From positions 806,001-870,000 of the forward strand of contig CATNEN010000026.1 of the NCBI GenBank assembly GCA_950097015.1: a stretch of DNA of 64,000 nt, given 5' to 3'. Numbering within the stretch: the first letter of the stretch is position 1; each line of letters starts with the position of its first letter. The notes beneath the pieces were generated by a model. That model was given only the letters and a program-made list of their open reading frames with translations, was not told the DNA's origin and searched no databases. This DNA comes from Macrostomum hystrix (Eukaryota > Animalia > Platyhelminthes). Positions 9,869 through 21,279 of the stretch are shown here, piece after piece. The translations under genes were made by a program, and so were the position numbers.

Positions 9869-12557
9869 CTACATTTTTTGCTTATACAGAAGCCTTGAAA
9901 CTGACCAAACAAGAATTCCACCGGCAGCTAACGCTCCGACCCCTAAGCTGGTCTTATAAAGCGCAGACTTCAAATTGTTGCCAGGCGTCGGCAAAGACGC
10001 AGCCGGGAGCCGATCCGGTTGTTCGATCGGCTTGAGGGCCTGCAGCGCTGCCAGGCCAGCGTCGAGGCGGCTCAGCATTCGGCGGCACTCCTCGGCTGCC
10101 AGACGGCAGGAGTTTCGAGCTCTGGCCAGGATGCGCTGATTGCGAAGTCCGTCGGCGGGACCGTCGGCCGACGCTGCGGCGGTCGCTGAAAGGACGGCTC
10201 CCGCGGCTGCAGCTGCGGCGTCGGCTGCGGCATCAGCTGCCGCTGCTTCAGCGTGGTCTGTCAGGTACTTCAGAGTGGCGTTCATAAACTCCAGATGTCT
10301 GACGATATTTGGAAAGGCGGAGGCGTTTAAATTGTCTTTTTAGTACTGAGCGGACTGTCAGAAGACAGAAAAGAGACAGAAACCCCAGAACAGACCCCTA
10401 GAACAACACAGAACAGACTCACTTGTGCAAGTTGGCCAGTATGGCCAGGTAGTCAGTAGCGGTAGGGGGCCTCCCGCTAGCCGCCTGAGGCATGCTGGAC
10501 TCTCGCCACGGCCTGCGGTGCAGCTGCCGCACAGCTTCGAGGATGCGTCGCCGGACTCCAAGCTGGAGAACGCCGATTCGTTCCAGCGCCGAGTCCGTTG
10601 TGGTCAACAGATCGACGAAGGTCAGACTGTGAGCCCGGAACTGATTAGCCACTTCCGGGTAGCCTAGATTGCGATTTTTATTTATATTAAAATCATAATC
10701 ATCCAACAAGGGCTGCGGACAATTGTGATTTCACATGATTTGTCACATCATTTGGTGACACTAGACCCGCTACCAGCGAGGAGGCAATTCTGCCCATTTC
10801 GCTGACTCCTGAGCACACACGCACACAGATACTGTACGCAGGCATACGCTCACACAGGCGTGTACATCAGCCCTGACTTTCTCATCGTCAGGCAGTGTAC
10901 ACTCTCACTGTGCCTTGGAGGTTGGCCCTCAAGATTGGCGTAAATTACGAAAAGCCCCCAAGCCTTCTCTCCGCGGCTGCGCCAAAATGAATGTAGTCTC
11001 ACCGCGGAATCGACCTCAAGGACCTAGGCGCGAGAGGCGAACGCGTTAACCGCTCTGCCACCGATCGCCTTTTATTGAGATTAGTGGAGCATTTCTTTAC
11101 CCCTAATTTAATATTTTTAAATAAATTTTTGCAGCGAAACGCACCAATGCCATAGAAGAAGCTCGAAAGGTCGTCCAATTTAGCGCTCTCTTCGTCGACC
11201 ACAGCGACAGCACCTTTACACTTTGGCGTGGGATCATCGCCGTCGATATCGGCGAGAGCAGACGGCAGTTCGCCAATTGGACTGTCAATCAATCTGGCAA
11301 CGCGAGCGTAGCCAGCGTTGGCGGCCAACTCTGAAGCCGTGTGGCCGCGACGATCCCGACGATCGGGCTTCGCACCGCCAGCTAGAAGGGCTTCAACAGC
11401 GCGTAGGTTTCCTCTGGCTGCGGCGTCCATCAGAGGCGTGCGACCATCCGGACCGGCTGACGGAATGTCGACGCCGGCGCCGGAGGCCAGAAAGCGAGCG
11501 ACAACTTGCGGATAGTTGAAGCGGACCGCCAGATGGAGAGCCGTGCCCTGCCTGTTTTAGGAATAGGAGGACAGATATGAGTAGTATGAGAGCAGATCTG
11601 AGTGGTATGAGAGCAGATCTGAGTAGTATGAGAGCAGATCTGAGTAGTATGAGAGCAGATCTGAGTGGTATGAGTGCAGATCTGAGTAGTATGAGAGCAG
11701 ATCTGAGTAGTATGAGAGCAGATCTGAGTAGTATGAGAGCAGATCTGAGTGGTATGAGTGCAGATCTGAGTAGTATGAGAGCAGATCTGAGTAGTATGAG
11801 AGCAGATCTGAGTAGTATGAGAGCAGATCTGAGTGGTATGAGTGCAGATCTGAGTAGTATGAGAGCAGATCTGAGTAGTATGAGAGCAGATCTGAGTAGT
11901 ATGAGAGCAGATCTGAGTAGTATGAGAAGCGGGTGAGGACTCTCACCTGGCGGAGACGGCATTGACAGTATCAGCAGCGCCGCATTCCATCAGTAGTTGC
12001 ACAATTTCTAGCACGGCCGATTCTTCGCGGTGTTGAGTGGCTCCATCGCCGATGACGCCGGCACAGGCCGCCATCAGGCAGGTGGTGCCATCGGCGCTGC
12101 TTCGATCCGCTCGAGCGCCTCGTTCAATCAGTGCTCTGACCATTTCAACATGGCATCCCTCGGAAGCTAGCATCAACGGGGTCCAGCCGAATTTCAGCGG
12201 CGCATTCAAGTCGAGACCGTCGCCAGCCTGCAGACGGTCGAGGAGCAGCGCTGGCTGGCAGCTGCGGTTGCGAATAGCCTCGCGCAGTTCCAGCTGAGCC
12301 TTCGTGACTCGCTGCTCCTGCTGCTGCTGGCTCCAGATGGTGCCGCCATCAGCCGGCAGTCTGTCACCGCCTGGCGTTGGCAGAGTAGCCCGAAATCGTT
12401 CCTGCTGACGAAGTCGAACGGCATCGCCTGCAGCGCCGACTGGCGCCAACGGATCGGCCTCGCCGTCCTCGTAATAATAATCGTCTTCGTAGTCGTCATC
12501 GTCGTCATCGTCGTCGTAGCAGTCACCTTCAACTATATAATTTCCACTGGCGTGCAT
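9869..12557 (-). CDS. ASZ1: ASZ1/GASZ-like ankyrin-SAM protein with C-terminal hydrophobic anchor (piRNA-pathway scaffold); exons 12557-11947, 11551-11145, 10663-10423, 10298-9869; 562 aa
   Basis: Acidic N-terminus; ankyrin repeats (FGWTPLMLASEGCHVEMVRALIERGA; GRTPLMDAAARGNLRAVEALL); SAM domain (LDDLSSFFYGIGYPEVANQF..LTFVDLL..LERIGVLQLGVRRRILEAVRQL); C-terminal hydrophobic segment (SLGVGALAAGGILVWSVSRLL). All three introns are GT-AG with consistent phases, total 1689 nt. Confidence 0.85.
10735..11065 (-). mobile_element. tRNA-derived SINE copy 1 (ASZ1 intron 2)
   Basis: Minus-strand head GGTGGCAGAGCGGTTAACGCG...GAGGTCGATTCCG carries A- and B-box-like motifs; the body is shared with five other copies in the window. 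Confidence 0.85.
11570..11928. repeat. 21-bp minisatellite (GAGTAGTATGAGAGCAGATCT)n filling ASZ1 intron 1, ~17 units
   Basis: Read directly; lies between donor 11946 and acceptor 11552. Confidence 0.95.
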
Positions 12558-12649
12558 AGCTGCACTTGACGCTGAAAGGGAATGATGTGTTGTGTGTGAC
12601 TTCTAAAAAGTCAACAAAAAACCACCTGTCTTTTTTAGACAGTCACGAT

Positions 12650-12985
12650 AATGTAAATCAAATGCATCGCTGACCATCCTTCTAGAAGTTCCAACCAATT
12701 AGAAGACACCGCTGAAAATCCTTCCAGCAAATCAAAAGACATCGTTCATGCCAATCAGAAATCATCGCTGAACATCCTTGCAGCCAATCAGAACGCATCG
12801 CTGACCTTTCATCAAGCAAATCAGATATCTGTGGTGCCTATCCATCCAGGCAATCAGAAAGCATCTTGGACTTTTCTTCTTGCAAATCAGCAATCAGTGG
12901 TGTCTATATATCCAGCGAGTGATATTCGTTAACCATCCATTCAGCCAAGCAAAAAGCATAGCTGACAACCCATCCAACCTTAACG
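12650..12985. repeat. Degenerate 33-bp repeat with CCAATCAG/CAAATCAG cores upstream of the ASZ1 start codon
   Basis: Cores at 12695, 12728, 12751, 12784, 12817, 12850 and 12883 (spacings 33, 23, 33, 33, 33, 33), usually followed by a GCATCGCTGA-like motif. Confidence 0.75.
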
Positions 12986-15734
12986 TAACAGAACTAGTCA
13001 ATCAGTGCATCTTAAAATTAAGAAAAAAGTAAAAGCTAAGATTTCAAAAGTCGAGTACATGTTCGTGCACTGCAAAGACCTTTGGAAAGGTCGGGGCACA
13101 TGAAATATGCTAAATATATAAGCCTGTAATTTCAGGTATTAATTTTCTCGCTACTATGGTTGCTTAAATTAAAACAAATTTTAAAACAAACAAAAAATGT
13201 AAGATGTACAGTTAGTTAGTTACAAGCGCAAAACTTAGACAATAAAATTTGTAATTATTAAAGAAATAACAAGAGCAGAATAATAGCAAACAAACTCTTA
13301 AAATGGTTTGGGCCGCAGACTGACAAGGCGAAAATGAGCAACAGAATGATCTATACAGCACAGATAGAGAATTCTATTGCGACAGCTAAACTAGCATACT
13401 AATTACTAATTTTAGATGTGGTTTTTTCAATTTAATTAACTTTTTTCTTACATTTTTGTAGTGAGCTTTAAAAAAAAAGAAAACGAAGACTATGAAAACG
13501 CACCCAATATTATCTTTTACACCTGTAGGCTGGAGACAGAGAAGACGCGAAAGCATAACCTAGGTCGTACATAGTGAGGAAATTAATTGAATTTCACACA
13601 TAAAAGCAGCACCACTTCAATACAAAAAACTCTATTGGGACAACATTTAAACCGGATTTGTTATAATAATATTCGCTTTATTAAACAGCTGCCTAACTTT
13701 GAAGTTTACATTTTGCGCCTCATACTACTCACAAAAATTGCTCGCTTACTGAGAGGAAAACTAAAACAGGCTGACTAAAACGTTATTTCATGATGATTTT
13801 ACTCCATTAATTTAACAAACAGGCACTACATAAAAAATGCACTTCTATATAACTTCAAGTACAAAGAAGATAGTAGTTTAATGAATTGAAGAATTTGGGA
13901 GACTTAGAGCAAGATAGCCATATTGTTATTAATACGGTATGTACTAGTTCTTCAATAATTTTGCTGTTATGAACTGAAAATTTATAGCTAAACTTTCAAG
14001 CACACAAAAATCGACACAATGAAAATTTATTTAATAATTTTCGAAAAACTAATGCAAAACAGCAGCAGCAAAAGCGGATAATTTTACTCTAGTAATGCGT
14101 ATAAATATTTTTTGCTGTAAAGTTTCTTTAAAGAATGAACAATTTTTAACTACAAAAAGGAATTGTAAATGATTTTGCTTCCACAATTATTTTGTTTTGG
14201 ACAAACGATGTTTTAAAAAACACTTATAAAAATATAATAATAATAGTGAGACAAGCCATTTAACAGTGCAACTGAATGTAGCTACTATGAGTAGCTTAAT
14301 GCAGGCAAATATGCGAAAATTATAGTTTGTTGCAATCAAATCTTTAAAGTCTACAGACAGTGTTAGGGCGGATTAAATCGTTGAAAAAATTGCGTTTATT
14401 AAAACAAATATTTAGTTAATTATTCTTAACAGTACTAGCTGCTAACAAGGAACGTACGGTACTGTCTTGTACACATTTTTGAAACTAAACGGTGACAGAA
14501 AAGAGCAAGTTTTAGCAATAAAAAAACAATTAGACTTGATTAACGATTAAACAGGAAAATTTGGTAGTATGTTTTTTTTAACTTTTCTATTTTATATCCC
14601 AACTAACTGATAACACTTGGCCCTCTTTCGCATCTGATTTACTGAGATTTTAGCCAGATTTTGTGCCTCAGAAAGTTTTCACAAGCGTTATATAACATAA
14701 AAGAAACTAATTACTTATTTATTAAAAACAAATAGAACACAAAGAAATAACAGCAAAACAGATTAAAAAGAAAAATTCTTTGTTGCACACACATTTACAG
14801 AGTTGATGCCGACATGGCCGAAAAAGAACACCTAAAAGCATTCGATGGACCAGTCTATGTACAAGAAATTCGGACAAATTCTGTGCAAGTACGCTCAGCT
14901 GGGCACTAGATGGCGACCTGTTTTCATACACACACAGCATGTGGCTATCCAGGTTCAACTGTACTATATAATATGAATGATAAAATAGTTAAAGTAAGAC
15001 ACACTCGCCTGTAATTAGTAAAAAATAAGCAAATATATAAATGTAAAAAGTTTAAACAGCAAGCGAAGAGAAGGAGGGGCATTTTTTAAAAAACTTCGTA
15101 CTCACATACCACTACTACAAATAATATTTCAGAGTAAAGAGAAAAAAATAGCAGAGCAACTGGCATTACATGTGTCTAAGCTGCTGGCTGTTGGTAAAAT
15201 AGTTTACCTAAAAAGGCGGTTAAATTTTGCATATATAAAGAGAGATTTTTATGGGATGAAAAAGAACACGCAACACAACGAGTGCCGACAGAGAAGGAGA
15301 GACTGACGGATGACGGCACTGTCATGGAAACTGAAGCGGACAAGTGTTACCTTACTTTATTATTTTTGTACATGTTTATTTTTCGTATAAACTGAAACTA
15401 AGCAAAAAAAGTGGCTTTGCTTGCTTTGATAAAACTAGTTGCAATCTGTCAGACCGTCTGTCAAAGAAAACAGCTTGAACAATAGCAGCCTCAACATGAG
15501 AGATTCAATTCTGAAGGTCAGACGGCCTCTAAGCCGCAGACATCAATACATAGCGCCGGAATTGTCTGAAAGGCAATTTTCCTTCACAGCATCGACAGAA
15601 TTGCTTGCTATATAACTAATTTGAAATCAGCGGTTTATAAATGACAGCTAATCATATCTAATCCTATTCTCCAGTTATACCCATCAGTTCCTTTAGCTGG
15701 CAGAGTGGTGAGAGTCGGCGATGATGGCGCAGAT

Positions 15735-16571
15735 TCAGGGCTGCTGAAATAACAGCCAGGAGCCAGCCTCGCTAGTAACCGCAGCCAATTGCGGCTGCTG
15801 TTGCTGCTGCTGCTGGGAGCCAGCCGGCTGCTGCTGCTGCTGCTGCTGCTGCGGCTGATGGTACATGCCGTAAACAGCGTCGTGAACAGCAAACGGCTGG
15901 TACTGCAACTGCTGCGGCTGCTGCTGTGTCGGTATTGGATAATAGTGCAACGGGCCGGGCATGTGGTAGTACTGCGGCATGATTGGCAGCTGATGCACCA
16001 GCTGTGGCTGCTGCACGATGGCTGCCGGCTGCTGCTGTTGAAGCTGCTGCTGCTGAACGGGCAGTTGCTGTTGCACCAGTTGCTGCTGCTGCTGAGTGGG
16101 AGATGAAAGCTTTGCCTGTTTTTGAGCAGTCGGGCCACCTTTAGCGCCTGAAGACTGCTGCTGATTGGCGGCGCCGGGCACAGCGGCGGCAGTATTGGCG
16201 GCTGCGGCGGGCTGCTGACCCGGCTTTGGTCGCTTCTTCGGCTTGCGCTGGCTTTTATAATCCGGATAGGCGCTTTTAAAAGCAGCCTTTAGCCGTGTGG
16301 CCTCGTCAACGAACGGCTGCTTAGCCTCGGCTGTCAGGGCCTTCCATTCTTCCCCTAGACGCCGACTAATATCAGCATTATTTAGCCGGGGATTCTGAGC
16401 GGCAATCTCTTTGCGCCTGGGCGTGGCCCAAAGCAGGTAGGGATTCACTGGCCGCTTCACTACAGCCGCGGCAGCGGCTGCGGCTGCAGCAGCGGCGGCT
16501 GCAGCGGCAGCGGCACCCGGACCAGCGCCGGGTTCAACTGGTCGCACTGTTTCCGGCTCTGTTGTCATCAT
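15735..16571 (-). CDS. SOX: Sox-type HMG-box transcription factor, divergent, intronless, 278 aa
   Basis: HMG box VKRPVNPYLLWATPRRKEIAAQNPRLNNADISRRLGEEWKALTAEAKQPFVDEATRLKAAFKSAYPDYK, with an N-terminal poly-Ala tract and a Q-rich C-terminus. Sox group not assignable by eye. Confidence 0.85.
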   Translation of the reverse strand: MMTTEPETVRPVEPGAGPGAAAAAAAAAAAAAAAAAVVKRPVNPYLLWATPRRKEIAAQNPRLNNADISRRLGEEWKALTAEAKQPFVDEATRLKAAFKSAYPDYKSQRKPKKRPKPGQQPAAAANTAAAVPGAANQQQSSGAKGGPTAQKQAKLSSPTQQQQQLVQQQLPVQQQQLQQQQPAAIVQQPQLVHQLPIMPQYYHMPGPLHYYPIPTQQQPQQLQYQPFAVHDAVYGMYHQPQQQQQQQQPAGSQQQQQQQPQLAAVTSEAGSWLLFQQP

Positions 16572-17921
16572 GGCTGCGACTGGATTAACTGTAAGTTTTT
16601 ATTTTCGAGTTTTGGAGTTACAAGAATCACCCATTGGAAGTAAGATTAAGTTGAAAAAGACATACATAAACATAGCCTGACAGAGATTGTTATGATTAAC
16701 TATGATTAACAACATAGGCTCCAAAAGTGTTGCTAATATTGGTATGAAGGAAAACCGAATTAATGAATATACATATATATATAGGGAGAAAGTAAGCATA
16801 TATTACAGACAATATTCTTAATAACATGGAATTTTTGCTAACAAAAATAATTAAGTTTAAAACATTGCCTTTAAAGACAATAGTACAGAAAACAATTTAA
16901 GTTTCTTCGAAGCATATAAAGCATGTTTAGAAAATACTAATTTAAGCTAAAGCTATCAATACCCATAAAATATTGAGTACAAAAACCCTGCTTTACTGTT
17001 TAAAACTCAATTTGTAAACTTCTATAAAAATAAGATTAACAATGTAATGTACAAATGTAGGGTACATGTTTTTAAAAAACATGTTCAACAAAAAAAAATG
17101 TTTTGTTAATATAAAAATATCTTTTCATAAACTTTATATTTGAAGCTAAAATGCAAAAAAGAAAAAACCAGAGTATGCTACATAAAAAATGGTTTAATAA
17201 TACCACTGAGTTATTGACTATAGGTGTTTTACTATAACTATAAATGGTATTATGGAATAATAAATGATGACAGTATATTTTAAAAATTAATTTCAGATTT
17301 TGACTGTAGAACTTGGTGGCAAGAATTTTTTTTAAGCAATTATAAAGTCATGAAAGTTTTTGTGTGTAGATAACAACTACGGTTTTAAGGTTTATAATGA
17401 GAACAAAAAAATATTGTAGATGAATAAACATAGTCAAATAGTCAAACAAAGAAGCTGAAACTTATGTGAATGATTAATTTCAATTTTTTTAAATAGCAAC
17501 TGATATTGATAATGTTTTTAAAAAGTTAAATATATATATATATAACAATGTATATACAATATATATATACAATGTTATATTATATATAACATTGAATCCC
17601 AGTAAAGTTTAAACAAATATTAACAATTAGCAAAGATATCATATTCTTGTATTTTTTAAACAATAATTGCATTGTTATAAAAATTATTTTAAAAACAATA
17701 TGGATATTGGCATTTAGCTAGCTTAAGGAAATTATAGAATATGGTACTAATAGTTCTTACAGTATGATTTAGTTATACGAACTTGATTACAGAATCACTT
17801 ATGGGTATGGATATAGTGCTCAGACCTCCCATATGGTGGAATGGAAGTCTTGGTCTTGGTTTGCATATACATTACATATAAAAAAATACAAAAACAGCAA
17901 ACTACATATCATTTTTAATTA

Positions 17922-18566
17922 GGGTAATGTATCATCAACGGAACAATGTATCTTCAAAACCGAACAATAATTTTGACTCCTTCCTTGGTCTTGTGCAAGA
18001 TAGAAAAAAGCTATTATGTCTCACAGAACAACTAATTTAAAAGTTGAAGAAATTATCTACAAGCTGAGGCATGATGTGCAATGAAGCATTAAGAGAAAAG
18101 AAAGATATTGATGTTTCAGTAGAAATTTTTATTGCAAAAGCATACTTTTTAACAACATTTTTTCAGGCGAAGATTTTTTAGGCGAAGATTGTATGTGGTT
18201 GCTTGCCAATTAAATGACCATAAATGTAGTTATTTATAGAGCATGAAAAATGCTTTCAAATGACATAATTCATGATAGTTCACTCCTTAAAATAAGATTA
18301 AACCACTCACTCAAATTGTACAACCAAACATCAAATTCTATGTTTGGTTTGAAGATACATGAAAATCATTGTTCGGTTTTAGATAAAAAGCAGGAACAAC
18401 TTTTTTCTATTTGACAAAATAGCAAAAGCAGATACTTTTTAGAAAGATGTAACTGTTTTCTATAACTTGGCTTTTGATTTATCATCATATCTTAAATAGA
18501 AAATCTGTAGCTTAGGTTTGAAGTTAAAAAAATACACATTCTTGTTTGGTTGATGATATATTACCC
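17922..18566. mobile_element. Non-autonomous DNA transposon (MITE), 645 bp, 25-bp TIRs, TA target duplication
   Basis: Left end GGGTAATGTATCATCAACGGAACAA versus right-end reverse complement GGGTAATATATCATCAACCAAACAA (22/25). TA flanks both ends. Internal inverted copies of a subterminal motif at ~18341-18385. Confidence 0.75.
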
Positions 18567-20369
18567 TAGTAAAACAAGACAATTAGACAAAATTATTTCA
18601 ACAATATATAGTATTTTTTATTTTTGTTAAATAAAAATTATTTATTTTTTTTTATTTTAAGAGTAACGAACATAGGCTAATATACTTAGCTAATATTAAT
18701 TTAATACTAATAATAGCCATTTATCTAAAGTGATGGAGGTTACATACGTGCACATGTATGATTACATAACTGATTTTTATTTATGCAGTCTATGCTATGT
18801 CTATCTATAGACTGACTTTTTATATAGGAAATATTACCGATTTACAAAGATTTTTGGATGTGTATGTCATTAAGTTTTTATTATTGTTTTACATATTATC
18901 GTTTATAAAAAAATCGATTATTATTGTGAGCTGGCAAGGCACACATTACATAGCATGTAGCTCGCTCCTTATGTCTTACGGTCGTAAAAAATAAATGTCA
19001 TTTCAAGCATAACATTTGAAGCTTATCATAAAATGAGCACTAGACCTGATTAGAGGTGTTTAGCAATTAGCAGACTCTTTGAGATTTATAAAGCAGCCCA
19101 AAATCTGAGCACTTTTAAAGAGTACTGTTTAAGACTAAGAAATAACTAAACAATCATACTAAAGAAATTATTTTAAACCAAATTGCTATGCATATTTTTT
19201 TATTTGAAACCTATTTAAGAGTACTCGTATAACTATAAGCAGCGAACAAAGGCATCAAATAATAATCACGTTATGGTGAAGACAAAGTCCTGGAACCGAC
19301 TAATATTAACAGTTCAAACCAAAGCCAAACATTAAAAAACTTAAACAAACTACTTTAATTAAGTACGTTCTACTAGGCTTTAAGTTTTATGTCAGTAGAA
19401 ATTTTTTTCGCATTTACCTAATGTATTTATTTTTTTGTATAGACTTAAATATTTTTAGTTTTCTAACGTAGAATAAATCGATCGAATAGACCGTTAAAAA
19501 ATAAGTGAACTTTACTAAATTGCTTTGATTTTCACTCAAGCCTACATTTTAAAGCATGTAAAAGTGGCCTTTTAATTAAACTGGCCGCGCTTATTTACGT
19601 CTTAAGAATTAAGTCCGAAATTTAAGTCTTATAATAAGGTCCTAGATCGAATTGAACGAACCACTTTATACAAAAAGCTAATAGCTAATATACATATAGA
19701 CGCTACTTCATATCCAGTTCGGATTTACTAAGACATGAAAGGCTACTCGTGAAAACGCGATACTATTGCTTGCGCAAAGATAACAAAGATAGCTTTTGTG
19801 GTCCTTGGAAACAGGTACCGATCAAGCGCGAATGCCATTAATTTATTGTCGTGTCTAGAAAACACTGCATCTAACCCAGAACTTTAGGTGCAAGTCTGTG
19901 ATCGAACCAGCCTGAGCTATTGCATGGAGCATCTAAACTCTATATAGCTGCATATCTACAGATGCATGTGTGTTAGATTATGCAGCTATTCAAGCCACGA
20001 AATTACAGAGGACACCAACCCCACCCAAATAACTACCCCGCAGCTATAGGCAATGAGTTATTGCTTTTGCGCTATATACAGAAATTTTACACCTGAACGG
20101 GTTGGAATCCTTACTCCTGGTTTAGGAGTCCGGAACGGCTACAAACACAGGACTGTTTCAATTTTTTTAGATTGTCTTTGGGACGACTAAATTCAAAATG
20201 CAAAGAATTTAGCAGTCCCTAGCTGATAGGCTCAAACATATATGAACAGTTCTCTATATTCTATTCGGTTATAGTTACAAAACCTATTTGTTAACAATTG
20301 TATCATATGTGCTATATCTCGTACTAAAGAGAACGAGACGGAACTAATAATAATATTAAATACAGGAGG

Positions 20370-20712
20370 GCTGCGGGAAATGACACACCGCGCATTTTGG
20401 TGGCAGTACGTTGACCCGCAGCCAGCGAGGTGGTGATTATGCCCATTCCGCTGACTCCTGAGCACACACGCAGAGTACGCCGGCACACGTTCTCACAGGT
20501 GTGCATATCTGCCCTGACTTTCTCATCCTCAGGCAGAGTACACTTCCACTGTGCTTTTGGAGGTTGGTCCAGCTCGAGGGCGTAAATTGCACGACAAGCC
20601 CACAAGCCTCTCTCCGCGGCTGCGTCGACAATTTTGTTTAGCCTCGCCGAGGAATCGAGCTCAGGGACTGTGGTGCGAGAAGCGAACGCGTTAGACCGCT
20701 CTGCCACGAGCC
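20370..20712 (-). mobile_element. tRNA-derived SINE copy 2 (intergenic)
   Basis: Head GGCTCGTGGCAGAGCGGTCTAACGCG...GAGCTCGATTCC on the minus strand; body homologous to the other copies. Confidence 0.85.
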
Positions 20713-21279
20713 TTCAAGACGGAAATAACAAATAATGTAATTAGTGAACTAATTCATTTGGCAACGCCCTGGATGCGAGACTGCGTCGAGTTGTAAATCA
20801 AGTTTATAAGCTGCAAGGAATTGATCCGTGCTGAACTAGCATTTTTATAATTGAAATATGATATCCAAAACGAAAATTCACCTCATATAATGTATTATCA
20901 ATCACTTTTATTAAGATCCTTCCGACCAGTAAATAATATATCCTATGTACTTCATATATGTAAATGCGAAACAAAAGTACAATAGAGATCAGTGCTCATA
21001 GCGAAACGTATTCGCTTTGCTAAATTATCATGCATTGGGTGTGGCCCACAATATGGACTCTCGGCAAGTCAATATATGTTGCTGTATAGAAACGCATGCC
21101 TCAACTCATCAAATGCAAATGATCTCGCGACACGACCTGTCACATTTTCGTCCGTCGATCATCGCCTTATATAAAGTCCGAAATCTCTCTGCTTCCAACG
21201 CCATCAACGGATACAGCTGATTAAAATAGAGCAATCAATCAATCTGACAGTTACGGAACTGCCACTTAGAAAGCACCGA

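Noticed and set aside
11393-11962. ORFs with LRSALIL / SYYSDLL / ADLSSMR repeats
   Set aside because: Three frames of the 21-bp array inside ASZ1 intron 1.
20180-20222. Hairpin GGGACGACTAAATTC/GAATTTAGCAGTCCC followed by CTAG, as a Helitron 3' end
   Set aside because: CTAG overlaps the stem instead of lying ~10 nt downstream, and no matching 5' TC end or Helitron sequence was found.
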